Shown here one piece after another: positions 35,183-48,943 of a stretch of DNA of 64,000 nucleotides. The stretch comes from Eledone cirrhosa (lineage: Eukaryota). Within the stretch, counting starts at the first letter, position 1; every line of letters begins with the position of its first letter. The DNA is taken from assembly GCA_964016885.1 (NCBI GenBank), contig OZ024742.1:207204001-207268000 (forward strand), in the 5' to 3' direction. Both the position numbers and the translations under genes were made by a program. The notes under the pieces are model-generated. The model had not been told where the DNA came from. It was given only the letters and a program-made list of their open reading frames with translations, and did not search any database.

Positions 35183-35837
35183 GGAATTTCGAAACATGTT
35201 ACTAAAATCCTAGTAATTTAGAACATTTAGGGTACATAATTGTTATTAGTGTCAAAGGCATCATGTGGAGAGTCAGGAGTTAAAAAGATGTTCTGCTTGA
35301 AAGAACACAATTACAGGCAGCACTGGTTGGAAGTGTAATAGGTATAAGTAAAAAGCACAAGCAAAAAAATCACAAGCCAAAAAAAAATACAGGCAAAAAA
35401 GTTATAAGCAAGGAAAATTGGTGTACAATGCAGGAGTCAATACAGTCAATAAGGCATGTATGAGGAAAGGGTTATAATGCAGTTGAAATAAACATATTTT
35501 GTGTGGGGTGTTAAAGCATGTTATAATTGTTATAAATGTTTAAGATAGTGTGCAATTTGTTAGAGAGGCATGTGGTGATAATGTAGGTATTTGTTATGTA
35601 AGGTGTAATGCAAAGCACGTGATAGAGTTGGATATGTGATTTTCATTTAAGTATTTTTGTGTTGTAGTTCGTATGTATGTGTATGTGTTGTTTGTTACTC
35701 ACAGCTATTAACCATGGGATTATTTTGAGTTGTTTATAGTCAATAGGTGTTTGTTTGTTAAATGTAAATTCCGCCGAATTACTGGCCATGTTGTTATTTT
35801 GGGTATATTATTTTATGCATTTTTTATCTACAAATTA

Positions 35838-36606
<769 letters not shown>

Positions 36607-36640
36607 ATATGTGTATATATATATATTTATTAAAATAAGA

Positions 36641-36710
36641 GATTAAAGTTTAAGCAAAGAATCGCTGCTTTCACCCTTAACGGGATCTTCTGAAACTAAC
36701 AAAGTCAATC
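36641..36710 (-). ncRNA. Type I hammerhead-like motif (U4A core variant)
   Basis: Minus: AGUUU CAGAAGA U-CCC-GUUAA-GGG-U GAAA GCA...UGC UU|AAACU; helix I extends via GAUUGA/UUAAUC. Confidence 0.55.
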
Positions 36711-36779
36711 TGTAAACGCAGAAGTGGATATTTCAAAAAAACGTTGCAACCGGAGGAAGATAGGAAGACGATACTTTGG

Positions 36780-37070
36780 TTCGTGGAAACGTTCGCTGGC
36801 AAAGAACGGAATAAAAACGAATATAATACGTCATTAATAGGAGCGGTGAAAAACAATTACGCGCAAAGACAGAACCACGTTTATGGTATAAAAGAGGTCG
36901 TAAACTAATGTTCTCTTAGGTGGTTCATAGAGACGTTCTCTGCCAATGAACGAAAAAACGAAGATAATACGTCATATGTGGATCGTGGAGAACAATAGCA
37001 CGCAAAGACAAAACCACGTAAATGGTATAGCAGAAGTCGTAGACTAAAATTCTAACTAGGAGACCGAATG
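36780..37070. repeat. Two diverged ~140-bp tandem units
   Basis: ATAATACGTCAT...CGCAAAGACA.AACCACGT..ATGGTATA...GTCGTA.ACTAA occurs twice. Confidence 0.7.
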
Positions 37071-37747
37071 AATCTCCGCTACAGAGTTAAGAACAAAGTA
37101 AATAAATACAATACAGAAGTAATAGAAATAAATAAATACATACACGCAAACAAATACGTACATACACAAGCCTACGCAAAACACTTACCATAGATAGACA
37201 AAACCACGCACATATAAATATGTGTGTGTGTGTATGCGTGTATACAAATAAATAAATAATTATATAAACGTATATAAATAAATAAATACGTATAAAACAA
37301 GCGCACACACATACCTACATGTAAATACACGAATGTTCGGAGACTTAAGTCAACCAAAACATGAAGTACACATATACACACACCCTACATACATACGAAC
37401 CTGCATACTCACACAGACGCAAAACTCCCGTATACACATAGCCAAACCATATGTACCAGAATATATAAAATTATACGCCATAACATAAACAATCAAATAT
37501 ACGTACGAGAAGGTATACGTACCTTCACAAAACATACGGTAAAATATACTTACCTATGCAAATAAGTAATGGTATAAACAAAACATATACTTAGCTCCCA
37601 CATCAAGACGTAAAATATCCACGTATAAATCGTACTATCCGTTAGGATATAACGTGGGGCTGTAATACAGGAAAGTTTTGTGCAATTTATGTTTACAAGC
37701 CGAAATTGCCTCAGATTTTTTGTTTAAGATGTGGTCTGTGGCGTAGA

Positions 37748-37797
<50 letters not shown>

Positions 37798-37804
37798 GTG
37801 TACA

Positions 37805-38280
37805 TACTTATATTTAGTTATCAGCCATACTAAGATTGAGAAATGAAATTTCGTTTCATTCTTTTCCATTTATCATTTTCGGTATGCCTGGCCGACTAAC
37901 TCACTCGATATGCAAATTAGGCTGCTCGGCCGTTAATATGCATAAGGAAAGTATATACTTTCAAACGTTCAATCATCTGACCGCAAGGTATACGATGCTG
38001 ACGATAGCTAATAAGCTTGAAACTAGTACATGGTTCCTGTGTCAGTGTTGAATAAAAGTGTGATGATGGTTGCTGTACGGCGTAATTCGGGCTGTTTGTA
38101 TACAAACAAACTGAACATTATAATAAATGTTCGGTAAACCCATACGTACATATATATATATGTGTGCATGTATGTATATATATACATACAACTGTACGTC
38201 TGTACACATATATGTATGTACCTATACATACTTATATCTAGGTATCAGCCGTACTATGAGTGAGAAATGAAATTGCCGAA
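37805..38280 (+). mobile_element. Hammerhead/octamer repeat family B, partial tandem (period ~425-430 bp) following (TA)n
   Basis: CATACTTATAT.TAG.TATCAGCC.TACTA.GA.TGAGAAATGAAATT at ~37803 and ~38228; ATGCAAAT at 37910; hammerhead at ~38.0 kb. Confidence 0.65.
37977..38045 (+). ncRNA. Minimal type I hammerhead ribozyme, intact core, palindromic helix III
   Basis: AUG CUGACGA U-AGCU-AAUA-AGCU-U GAAA CUAG UA|CAU (cleavage after 38028); helix III ACUAGU is self-complementary; helix I extends via CUGAC/GUCAG. Confidence 0.75.
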
Positions 38281-38459
38281 TAAGTTAGGGGAAACCCCAG
38301 CTTACATAGGTAGGTGTACCTCTTTTCTTTTCCTCTATGTTGTTTTCTTCCCCTGTCTCATCCTATCACTTCCTTCGACCCCTGATCTTCTTCCTCGTCT
38401 ATTTTTCCCCTTTCGCCTACCCCGATGCAGCGCATCGGGCCTCTGTAGCCTCAGTACCC

Positions 38460-38830
38460 CCACCCCTGTAATTTTAAGGTAGAATTGGCCGAATACGCTT
38501 TACTAACTATTTATAGCAGATGTGTTAGACCCCTGTAATTTTGTATCATTTTTGTTACTACTCCAATTCTACAATTTCAAAATTTCTTATTTAGTATTTT
38601 CTATTCTCAACTTATTAACCTGTAATTATAAGATAGCATTGGCGGATTACGCTTTACTAACTATTTATAGCAGCTGTGTTCGACCCCTGAAAAGTTTGCA
38701 TTATAATTTTTCACTACTCACTTCTACAATTTCTTATTTAGTATTTTCCATTCTCAACTTATTAACCTTTTCTATAGCTTTGGCCGTACAAGCAACACCT
38801 ACTAATTATAGCAGCTGTCTCTAGACTCTA
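38460..38830. repeat. ~155-bp tandem repeat, about 2.5 copies
   Basis: TACGCTTTACTAACTATTTATAGCAG and AATTTCTTATTTAGTATTTTC.ATTCTCAACTTATTAACC each recur. Confidence 0.8.
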
Positions 38831-39176
38831 CTGTTTTTGTTTTTTTTATTCATTTCTCACTATCTAATTTTATATATTTTTTAATATTTCTTTCTATTAT
38901 TTTTTATTGTCTCCTACTGTCATTTGACTTATCTATTCTATAACTTCGCTCCTCCATTTTCCCCAGAACAATTTTTCGACTTTTCATACACTATCCTTAG
39001 AATCTGCTGTATAGATTTCACTTTCAACGCTTGACCGGCTCCACTCACTCCCTCATTGTTCTACAGGCAAGTTCAGCCACCCTACCTCCCACCAAATGCC
39101 ATGACAGACTTATTTGTGTTTACAACAAATTTTGACCAATCCTCTCAACAACTACAATCTTCCCATATAAGGAAGT

Positions 39177-39273
39177 ACCCCTTGACAAGTTCGGCTCTTT
39201 ATTTACCAGGCTAAAAATTCAAATTTAGTCCAGAAATAGCCGTCGAGACGGCTTGAGCTCTGCCGTTGGGGGT
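39177..39273 (+). ncRNA. Degenerate hammerhead-like motif with U3/A8 core
   Basis: CCCC UUGACAA G..CGGCU...AGCCGUC GAGA CGGC...GCCG UU|GGGG; the homolog at 63880-63930 (minus) has GAAA and GUC. Confidence 0.35.
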
Positions 39274-39275
39274 CA

Positions 39276-39376
<101 letters not shown>

Positions 39377-39391
39377 CTGTATTTTTAACCT

Positions 39392-39475
39392 TTTTATATC
39401 CAAAGAGGCATCATTCGAATGTACCTAATCAAATAATGTCACATGAAATAAATGATTAAATAAATAAATAAATAA

Positions 39476-39557
<82 letters not shown>

Positions 39558-39645
39558 ATATTTATTTATTTATTTATTTAATCATTTATTTCATGTGACA
39601 TTATTAGATTAGGTTCATTCGAATGCGGCCTCTTTGGACATAAAA
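39392..39645. repeat. Fold-back (inverted repeat) centred on (CA)n(TA)n(TG)n
   Basis: CCAAAGAGG...ATTCGAATG.ACCTAATC.AATAATGTCACATGAAATAAATGATTAAATAAA is mirrored on the other side of the microsatellite. Confidence 0.85.
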
Positions 39646-40879
39646 AGATTCATTAACGCTCCTATATACTTGATTGATACTTATTTTATCAGGGAGGGTG
39701 TGTACTTTATTTTGTATGATTTTGTCTCATCTATTTTTGTAAATATTTCATGAAATTATATGTGATATAGCGAAACCTCCATAGACAAATGCAGTATATC
39801 TTATAAACAGTATATGTTATAAACAGCTATAGATAAGCTTACTTCATATAACCTTCCTCCTGAAAATTACATAAATGGCGTGAAATACTCCTGAAGATGA
39901 TTGAATAGAGAGGAAACTCTCGTAGTACTACAAATAACTGCTATATGATGAGCTAACGAAGGATACTCAACAGGGTCATTCAGTCTGTTAGACATAGTAA
40001 TCAAACTCCCTAACATCATACCCTGTTGTTTTAAAAAATGGAGTAACATATTGAATAATGTAATTCTGCTACACTGTCTGGAAAAAAAATGATGAAATAA
40101 TCACAGCTGGAACTGTTTTGCCCAAACTTTTTTTCGCTCCAGATTGACCTGTGCTAAAAAGGTTATTATATGGGAGCTACTCCTCTTCTATTTTCACAAT
40201 AATTCCCGTATACTACTGTTGTCTATATCGTTAATTAAAAGACTGCCGACTTTACTATGCGTCAATATCCACCATAAAACCCAAGTGTCGCCTCAAACGA
40301 TTTTGCGATGTTTTGTCATGTTCGAATCATTTATCAAGTTATTAAGGAGCATTAAGGTGTCAAACAAAATGCTTTACAATATGTACGGCCCGGTACATTT
40401 TAGCTTTGAACCTTGCCAATGTCATCTTTCTTCTTCATCCTTCATGGGCCTACAATATAGTTGATTGGTTGTTTTCCCGTAATAGAATCGATGAATCCCT
40501 TTTCTCCATTTCTCTAAATCTGGAAGTTTGTGCTGAAGATAGAATTAATATTTCAGTAACCCGGAATCTTTTTTGTGGCAAAATTATTAAGTCAACGTCG
40601 ATTTTTTCAAAGGTAAAACAATTTATACCACGATAGATATTTTTAGAAACAATCATCTCCCCGGTCAAATCTAATGTCATCCAACCATTCAAACCAATCC
40701 TAATTCACTTTTGTAGCCATTTTTGAAATTGGCTTTCACCACAACAGACTGCTACCGCAACTATACCCTGTCTTCTTCCCCCCATCAATTCCCCTCTCCC
40801 CCTCCTTCTCCCTCTCATCCCCCTCTCCCTCTACTAGTACCAGTCCAAACCAAAACAATTAAAACTATTACTTCTGTCA

Positions 40880-43470
40880 AACCTTGCAAAGACAATGTTG
40901 TTTCAATTTCTCGTAAAGCCAGTTGTATTGAGATTTTTCTTGTGTGATCTCTAAGGAAGTCTTCAGTCAAACTTTCTTCAAATTTGTTGAACAGTACGTC
41001 AGGATTGACTGGATTATTGAAAATGCAAATGAGTGAAAGCAGCTGCCGGAGCTGCCTTGGCATATTTGTCGAAGAAGTCTCTTCTAAGCATCTTCTCCAC
41101 CCATTGTCATTTTGAACCAACTGCCGGCGCTCTGCATATATAGTTGCCGCATATAACCTCATCCACCATTTTCAGTTCTTCGAAATTTCGTGCTCCTTTA
41201 CTGTGCAGCAACAAAAGTCTCATGTAAAATCTTTCCTGATACTTGGGTTTGACAGAATACATCCGGCTTATGATTGTGTCAGATCCCCGTTGTCTGGGAG
41301 TCCACTACGTCGTTCTCTTATTATAGATATAACGATAAGGAATGTCTACATATTGGTATTTTCTTGCGTTTTCATCATTTCAGTTGAGTAAGAACCATGC
41401 TGTTAGAGGAGTGTTACGTTGCGCAGCTCTTTCTAGCGCTCAACTTTCTTGTCCCTCCTCAAAATTGAGAGGCTGTTCCTGCAGGAGATGAACAGGAAGG
41501 TGAATAATTGCGTGGGATTTGTCATGCATTTTGAATTCAAGTAATCTCCACATTTCTTCTGGAGCACTCACATATCTGACATCTAGAAAATTCTTGATTT
41601 CATCCTGAATTATGACATTGTTGTCAGTTGCTTCGCTGATGTTTACAGTTATGGAATCTTAGCCTTTGTATATGTATTTATACACATATTTCACGGAGCA
41701 GATGAAGGCGAGAATTTCTACATACATTGACGTGGCAGTTGTATTTGTGATTTAGATATTTGTTATAAGGTGGTCCACTACATTCGGTTGTCCTCTACAT
41801 TCTGACCAACGTTTAATGTTGAACTCGGCCGTCTTCTGTAGGATGGATAACTATCCCGATTTTTAAAGGTTTCCTGATGAAACTGTTTGAGGAAGCCTTT
41901 TGAGCAGTTGTCATTTTCCATGCATAGTGCATTAGGGTTTTGCTCACCAGAAGGACCGTAAATCATAAATTTCTTAACAATTTCGTAAAGTACTGGTTCT
42001 GTCTCTAGGAATTTCAGCACACACAATTTTGTCCATTCTTTCAGTTGAGTTTGGTTTATCTTCTGGATGAAATATTAATAATAAATGGACGTGCGGCAGT
42101 CCTCCCTTCTGAAATTCTACGCTGTAACAATGTGTGACAACTCGGCCAATCACATGTCTTTTTATTTCATCAATTATTAGTTCCTGCAACTTAATATTGA
42201 ACACCCGAGCCACTAAATCTGGTCTACTGGAAGCTGTTTGACCTGGAAAAGGGTTGTTTGTAATTCGAGCCAATTAGGTTTGCATGTCATTGTAAGAAAT
42301 ATATCAGGTGAACCACATTTTCTCATAATTGCTAATGCATCTAGGTATCGCTCTCTCATATTTGTTGCTGACCTTGGGAAAATGATGGAAGAATGACTGT
42401 CCGTCCGATTCAAGCATCTCCAGTAATTGCTGCATTGTTAAATGGTCAGCAAGTCCTTGATATTGTTCCACTTTCAGATTGTTTTGTTGTGTTCGTATGT
42501 AATTTAAATTATTACAACTTGTAGGTGAGAATCTACAATCGACTGTGGAAAAAGTTTTCCTCCATGCAAAAAGGGATTGAATTCAGTTAAAGATATTTTA
42601 TGTTGAAGCATTGAAATGTTTTGTCCTTGCTGGTCATCACGATTTCCAGGCATGTTAGGTTGCCATCCTGGTTTACCATGTGGGGAAAACAATACGTATA
42701 TCATTGGATCAAGATTTGGGCTCAAGATGTTGAGACATATAGTAGGAGCCTCAGAGTTCCGTGGATATACTTTTAAATCTATGAAATGGTGGTTCGCCTT
42801 CTTCGTTTCTGAATAAAATAACAATTTCATTAACTGTTGGCAAATAATATCTCCTTCTGCCGGTATTACAATCTCTGTTGGATACTAAGTTGTCGCTTGG
42901 CATATCAATGGTTTCTTCTTGAGCACGATGTTCTTCTTTTACTTCAATTTCATGAAGGGATTGTAAAGACTGAGCATCCACATTATCTCTACGAATAATA
43001 TGATCCAGATTTTCGAGCACTTCTTGGAGGCAGCCTGAATTGGCGTGATTCTGAGCGCTTATTTCTGTTGTTTGGGTGCTGTCTACAACATAAAGTTAAG
43101 CATATTGTCTTTGTTTGCCTTCATTTGGATGAATATGTGAAGTTCTGTGGTAAATGTGTCCAAGCACGCGGAAAGAATGGGTCTTTCCCTTGTAGATTCT
43201 CTACTTGAGCACCATTCAAAGTGAATGATAGTGATGAATTATATGGCCGAATGTTTTTGTTTGTTTTGTTTTTATTTGACATTCCTATAATGAGGATGAT
43301 TTTGATCATATAACAATGAAACTAAATATGGTGGAAATTCTCTTCTGATTGGACGTAATATTTTGTCTTTGGGACAACAATTATTAAAACGTCCATCTGA
43401 TGGTTTCTCTGCAGAAAAATGTTTTCCTGAGCAAAACTGACAATTTGGCACATATTACAAAATATTTGAC
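40880..43470 (-). pseudogene. Helitron Rep/Hel gene 1 (N-terminal Cys region and HUH Rep domain), decayed
   Basis: CQFCSGKHFSAE...CCPK; PDIFLTMTC; RPDLVARVFNIKL; VEFQKGGLPHVHLLL; RYVSAPEEMWRLL; MPRQLRQLLSLIC. Confidence 0.88.
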
Positions 43471-44034
43471 CATTGAAATATAATTGCTGAATTTTAACTA
43501 AAGTAGGAATTATAACAGAATATCTATTACCGTTTGTTCAAAGAAAATCATGTAGATAAAACTATTATTAGTTTTTTTTCCAGTGGTGATTTTTAAAATA
43601 CTTCTCCCTATTACAGTCAGTACATATAATGCTTCATTCTTGAAAGAATCATTAGATATGTTGTCAGTGAAAAGGGCATGACCCCAAAAAATACATTTAG
43701 ATTTCTTTAATTTATCCGGGGGGGGGGGGGGGATGGTCACAATCAGAAACTCTGTAATTCAAACAACATGTAAAGGCTATTTTAAAAACCATAAATAAAA
43801 TAAAAAAATAAATTTAGCATTGGTTTATGAATGAATGAAGAATTTACTTACTCATTACTGTAATTCAGAAAGTATTTAAATGTGTGTAAGTGCGGTATAC
43901 ATATACACCAGGAACCAAACACCCAATGTCACTGCTTCCCTCTTTCCCAATCTGCTCATTCCTAGAGCCATTTGGGATCACATTGTCTGATTTGAATATT
44001 TTGAAACACTCTGACAATTAGTTCATGTTCTGCG

Positions 44035-45710
44035 TCAATGATATGGCCAAATCTGGTCGTTGGAGTCCTTTTCAAGTAGCCCATTTCCCAATTTAAGTAG
44101 TTTGACGGCAAACTCACTGACACCTTCATCACCTGTCAAATGCACTTGCACAATGGTTGTAAGGCTCAATCGCTGAATGTGGGGCCAGAGATAAGATGTT
44201 TTCAGACAGGCATTGATCTGGTCAGATTTGGTCCCAAGGGGAATCATAGGCTGAGTTTGTCTGAAACCAAGAACCATTGTCACTTCTCCCATTATGCAAG
44301 TATTTTCCCTCAGATCCCTTATTGTCCGGTCCAAAGCTTCAATTGCTCATTTATGGCTCACGGTAGCTTCATCCGACATTATCATCTTGCATGTTTGCAG
44401 AAGCTTATCCTTGGGTGAGTTCTTTTTGATGTTGCAAAAAAAATCGCCAGGCCGTGTGAGGTCTATGAGCAGCTTAAATATGGAGTGTGCAGTTCTTTCT
44501 CCATCAAGAAGTGTTGCTGAAATGCCACCTGAAGCCACAGCAAGAGAACTCTTTGTTGCTTTTGGTGAACATTTGCAAGCAGGAGGTTTATGAGGAATGT
44601 CTTACCTGTGCCAGCAGGAGGATTGCTGAAGATAAGTCCTCCCCTGTCATTTTGAATGTGTTCCATGATGTTGTGGTAGGCGTATTTCTGGTCATCCACC
44701 AGTTGGGGTTCATTTTTATTCACAAACTTACGCAATGCTTGAATATCGTAGTTTGTCTATTGAAAAACTTATTGTGTTACCTCCTTTTCTTCATCTGGCT
44801 CTGGCATCCTGCAATGTTATTCATTGCCTGAACTCGATGGGACAGGTTGCAGGGCGCTTGATTGTAAATCCTGTAGGTATATTCCATATACATATTGCCA
44901 TGATGTCTTTGAGCTACGTGTAGATAATTGTCTGACGTATTGGTTTTTTGTATTCCTGCCAGAGTAGATGAGCTTTATCAATTCCACATACTGTGAGTAT
45001 CGTAGCAAACAACTGTCTTATTTGACTGGTTACTCCAGTGACTGCTCCTTCTTTTAGGCTCTTTTTCCAATGTCCATTGTCATGCAGGTGTCCATGCTCT
45101 TTACATGCTTCTTGGAATGTTTCGCACACTCTTCCTCCAAAGCACCTGAGATCCTCAAATGACATTGGTCCCTGGAGAATATGCAAAAGTAGCCGTAAAT
45201 AAAATACTCTCTGTTGTTGGGGTGGTCATTTTAAACATGCCCAATAGCATTATTGCCTCGACTTCATGATCTTCCACTAAATGACCCCTTTTCCTTCGAT
45301 TCCAGCTCTTGCATTTGGTCCATCTGTAGTATGTTGGGATGTCAGCATACAGGAGGGATCGAACAAATTCATCATTCTGGCAGAGTTTTAAAAAAGCAGT
45401 TACTGTCATGAGATGCTTGTGCCAACTGATGAGCAGTGGTCTCAGTGAAGTACACACTATGTCCATTTTCTAGATTGACTGCGAAGTTGACCACTGTTGG
45501 ATGGCGTTGGTGGATATCAAATCCAAATATTCGCCAGATAATTTAATTGCTGTAGATGTATCGACCTGCCTGATACTGTTTGACCTCAACCAGACAACCA
45601 CCATTGAGTTCCTTGTCAGTAACAAAGGTAGCCATGTCACTACCCCTGTTGATATATTTTATAATATATAATGTTGCTTTGACAGAGCTGCAATACTCAA
45701 CATTGATTAT
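44035..45710 (-). pseudogene. Helitron Rep/Hel gene 2 (Rep C-terminus and PIF1-type helicase), decayed
   Basis: KYINRGSD; GPMSFEDLR; PAGTGKTFLIN (Walker A); ASGGISATLLDGERTAHS; CKMIMSDE; GFRQTQPMIP. Confidence 0.88.
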
Positions 45711-45871
45711 TTATATACTGAACTGAAGTGAAAACCAAACCAAACAGTTGGTGTTTTTTATTATTATTTTGGACAACATGTCCTCCCCAAATATAACATG
45801 TTTCAACACACGATTTCATATAAAAAAAACTTGCAACACAAATACATCGATTTTCCTAGGGTTTCAACATT

Positions 45872-45912
<41 letters not shown>

Positions 45913-46125
45913 TTTACATTCGCTTTTCCCTGCTTGCAAGGGTGGGACGGGCCCTCTTCAGCACATCATCTTTCCATTTGTCACGGTCCTTTGTGATCTC
46001 TTCTGTTAGCTTCAGTGATCTAAGGTCAGCTCTCACCACATCCCTAAACTTCTTCCATCTTGTCCTTATTCTAGATGCTATGACCTCGGAGCATCTTCCT
46101 CCCTTTTCTAATTTGATCACCTAGA
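45872..46125 (-). mobile_element. 3' fragment of an RTE-group LINE with (ATG)n tail
   Basis: SRIRTRWKKFR joined to DVVRADLR...KDRDKWK (internal deletion), followed by (ATG)n, seen as (CAT)n at 45872-45911. Confidence 0.55.
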
Positions 46126-46500
46126 TATCGGAAGATATCAACCACCTCTATAAATCGTACCTACATTTGAAACATGTGTTTATCACAGACACTTCTAACA
46201 ATTTTCCCTGAACATCTACTACATACAAAGTTTGTAATATATATATATCTTTAACGTTAGAGAAAGGAACATTTGCAGAACGTCTACACACACACACATA
46301 CAGATAGACACACTCAGAGACACCTACAAACACACACATAACCTAAGAATGGTGACACACACACACACACACATGTGTGAGTTAAGCAGTGTGTAAAGAA
46401 GAATTAAATAAAAGTTAAAGTTATCGAACGCTGTTATCACCCCCCCCCCCCAATCACCCTCACTCTCTCTCTTTCTTTCTTTCTGTTACTCTATTTCAAC

Positions 46501-46565
<65 letters not shown>

Positions 46566-46758
46566 ACCCCACCCCCCATCCTATCTCTCTCGACCCATTC
46601 AATTTAAATGAATTCCTTCCTTTGCAAATTAAAATTATTTTACCGTAAGCTGCCCAAGTGTCTAGTGAATATGTATATATAATTTTTAGGGGTTCGGTCC
46701 CGGATTTTCCGAGTTTTAGGTGGACACACAGAATCGAAAACTTGCATTTATATATATA

Positions 46759-47485
46759 CTAGCTGGCCCGTCCAGCTGGTGCGCGGATAACATTGGCGTG
46801 TTCTGCGGCATCCAGATAGATAGATATATATATATATAGCTAACGTATTCGCTTGGATACAGACGATAAGCCGTCTGTGTAGTATAGTATTGTTGTTGAA
46901 AATATAGAGTATAGTATAGTATTACTGTTGAAAATATATAGTATAGTATTACTGTTGAAAACATATAGTATAGTATTACTGTTGAAAATATATAGTATAG
47001 TATTACTGTTGAAAATATATAGTATAGTATTACTGTTGAAAATATATAGTATATTATTACTGTTGAAAATATATAGTATAGTATTACTGTTGAAAATATA
47101 TAGTACAGTATTACTGTTGAAAATATGTACACGAATATTTAATTATATATGTATATATAATTACTTAAAAGTTGGTTAGAAGCGAAGTCAATGCAGACAG
47201 ACATACATACAGACAGATATTTTAAGCGCGCGACGTTATAGCTATGTATCTATCTAAAAAGACAAAGTAAGAAAGAGTAAGGAATGTCGTATTATACATA
47301 TTATATAAAATAAAGTACCAGTAATGTACTGGAATAATTGCTGGCCTTGTGCCAAAAGTAGAAACAATTATACTTATTTTTTATACAACTGTAAATAACA
47401 TGTTTATGCATGTATATATACGTATAAAGGAATGCTGTAATAAAATGTACAAATTAATGTCTCTTATTTATGATACTAACACTAT

Positions 47486-47516
<31 letters not shown>

Positions 47517-48514
47517 CACACACGCACACGCATACGCACACACACACACACACACACACATAAATATATATATATATACTTAATATATTAAAAGAGAAAG
47601 CTTTTAGCGATACTCCGACCAACTCCCATATCACTCAACAAATATTAGGATATATCTGAGTATATCCCAATTATGCGTTTGGGGTGCTAACTATATTGTA
47701 TTTCGTGGATAGTTGGCTGTATTAATTTATATGAGACATAATTAAATAAATCTCTCTTTCTTTCCATACGATCGTTTCGTTATAAGATTTCTACAAGGTG
47801 GTAAAATAATGTCCAAGTTGTGTAGAAGCTTGCATATAATCCATTGATATCCATTCAAGTGGGCCCTTATAACTCATCAGTGGATGCCCAGGCAATATCA
47901 ATATAAAAAACTACATTGACATTAATATTCAGCGATGGTCTCCGTCAGTGCTAGGAAGACCGTTAAGTTTGAAAGTCCAGCAGTTCTTCAAAAAGAAATT
48001 TCACACTGTCCCCAAATGGGAAGGGGAGGTCATCGTAAAACATAAAATAATATACTCGTAGGTCATTGAACCCTGTTAGGAATTCTAACCACGTGTGAAG
48101 AACTCAAATGGATATTAAAAGAATAAATATATGTACGTATTATTTATACACACATAGAGATATTAAAAAAATAATAAATATATGTACGCATTATTTATAT
48201 AAACATAGAGGTATTTTCTCAGGCAAAAAACAGACATGAGATATAGGAAGAAACAATCAATATTTCATATAAGAAAATAAATAAAGATAGTAATACCTAA
48301 ATATCTGGAATTTTCATATCTGGCCATCCAAGAGTATAATATTTAATACATTAACAGAGAAAGCTTTTAGCGATACTCCGACCAACTCCCATCTCACTCA
48401 ACAAACATTAGGATATACATGAGTATAATCCCAATTAAGCGTTCGGGGTGGTAACTATATTGTATTTCGTGGATAGTTGGGTGTATTATTTTATATGAGA
48501 CATAATTATATATA

Positions 48515-48576
<62 letters not shown>

Positions 48577-48943
48577 ACACTATATATACATATACACACA
48601 CATACACACACCCACACATAGCGAAATCAATGTACAGACGCATACAACCAGACAAACAGAGACATATTATAAGGGCGCGACGTTATAGCTATGCATCTAT
48701 CTAAAAAGACAGACTAAGAAAGAGAGAGGAATGTCGTGTAACCGGAAGTGTTGACATTTGAAAATGTTAAAGAAGTGAATATTTAAATAATATGTTTAAT
48801 CTTTTAATAAAATTTAGTTGACAAAAATACGCTCACTTAGAAAAAATTACATCTATGGTGTAAATTTGGTGCCGTTTGGTTCAGCCATTTGGCGAAAAGT
48901 TTGTTACATACATACGGCCGTCAGCTTTATTAGTATAGATAGA
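46759..48943 (-). mobile_element. Non-autonomous Helitron (TC...CTAG, inserted between A and T)
   Basis: Minus strand starts A|TCTA(TCTA)TACTAATAAAG at 48939-48943 and ends in GC-rich palindromic CCGCGCACCAGCTGGACGGGCCAG-CTAG|T at 46759. The two ends could belong to different copies. Confidence 0.6.
46880..47127. repeat. 27-bp minisatellite, about 9 copies
   Basis: Unit TATATAGTATAGTATTACTGTTGAAAA in uninterrupted tandem. Confidence 0.95.

Noticed and set aside
46880-47127. Regular 27-bp repeats suggestive of a CRISPR array or repeat protein
   Set aside because: No spacers, no cas genes, eukaryotic context; a plain minisatellite.
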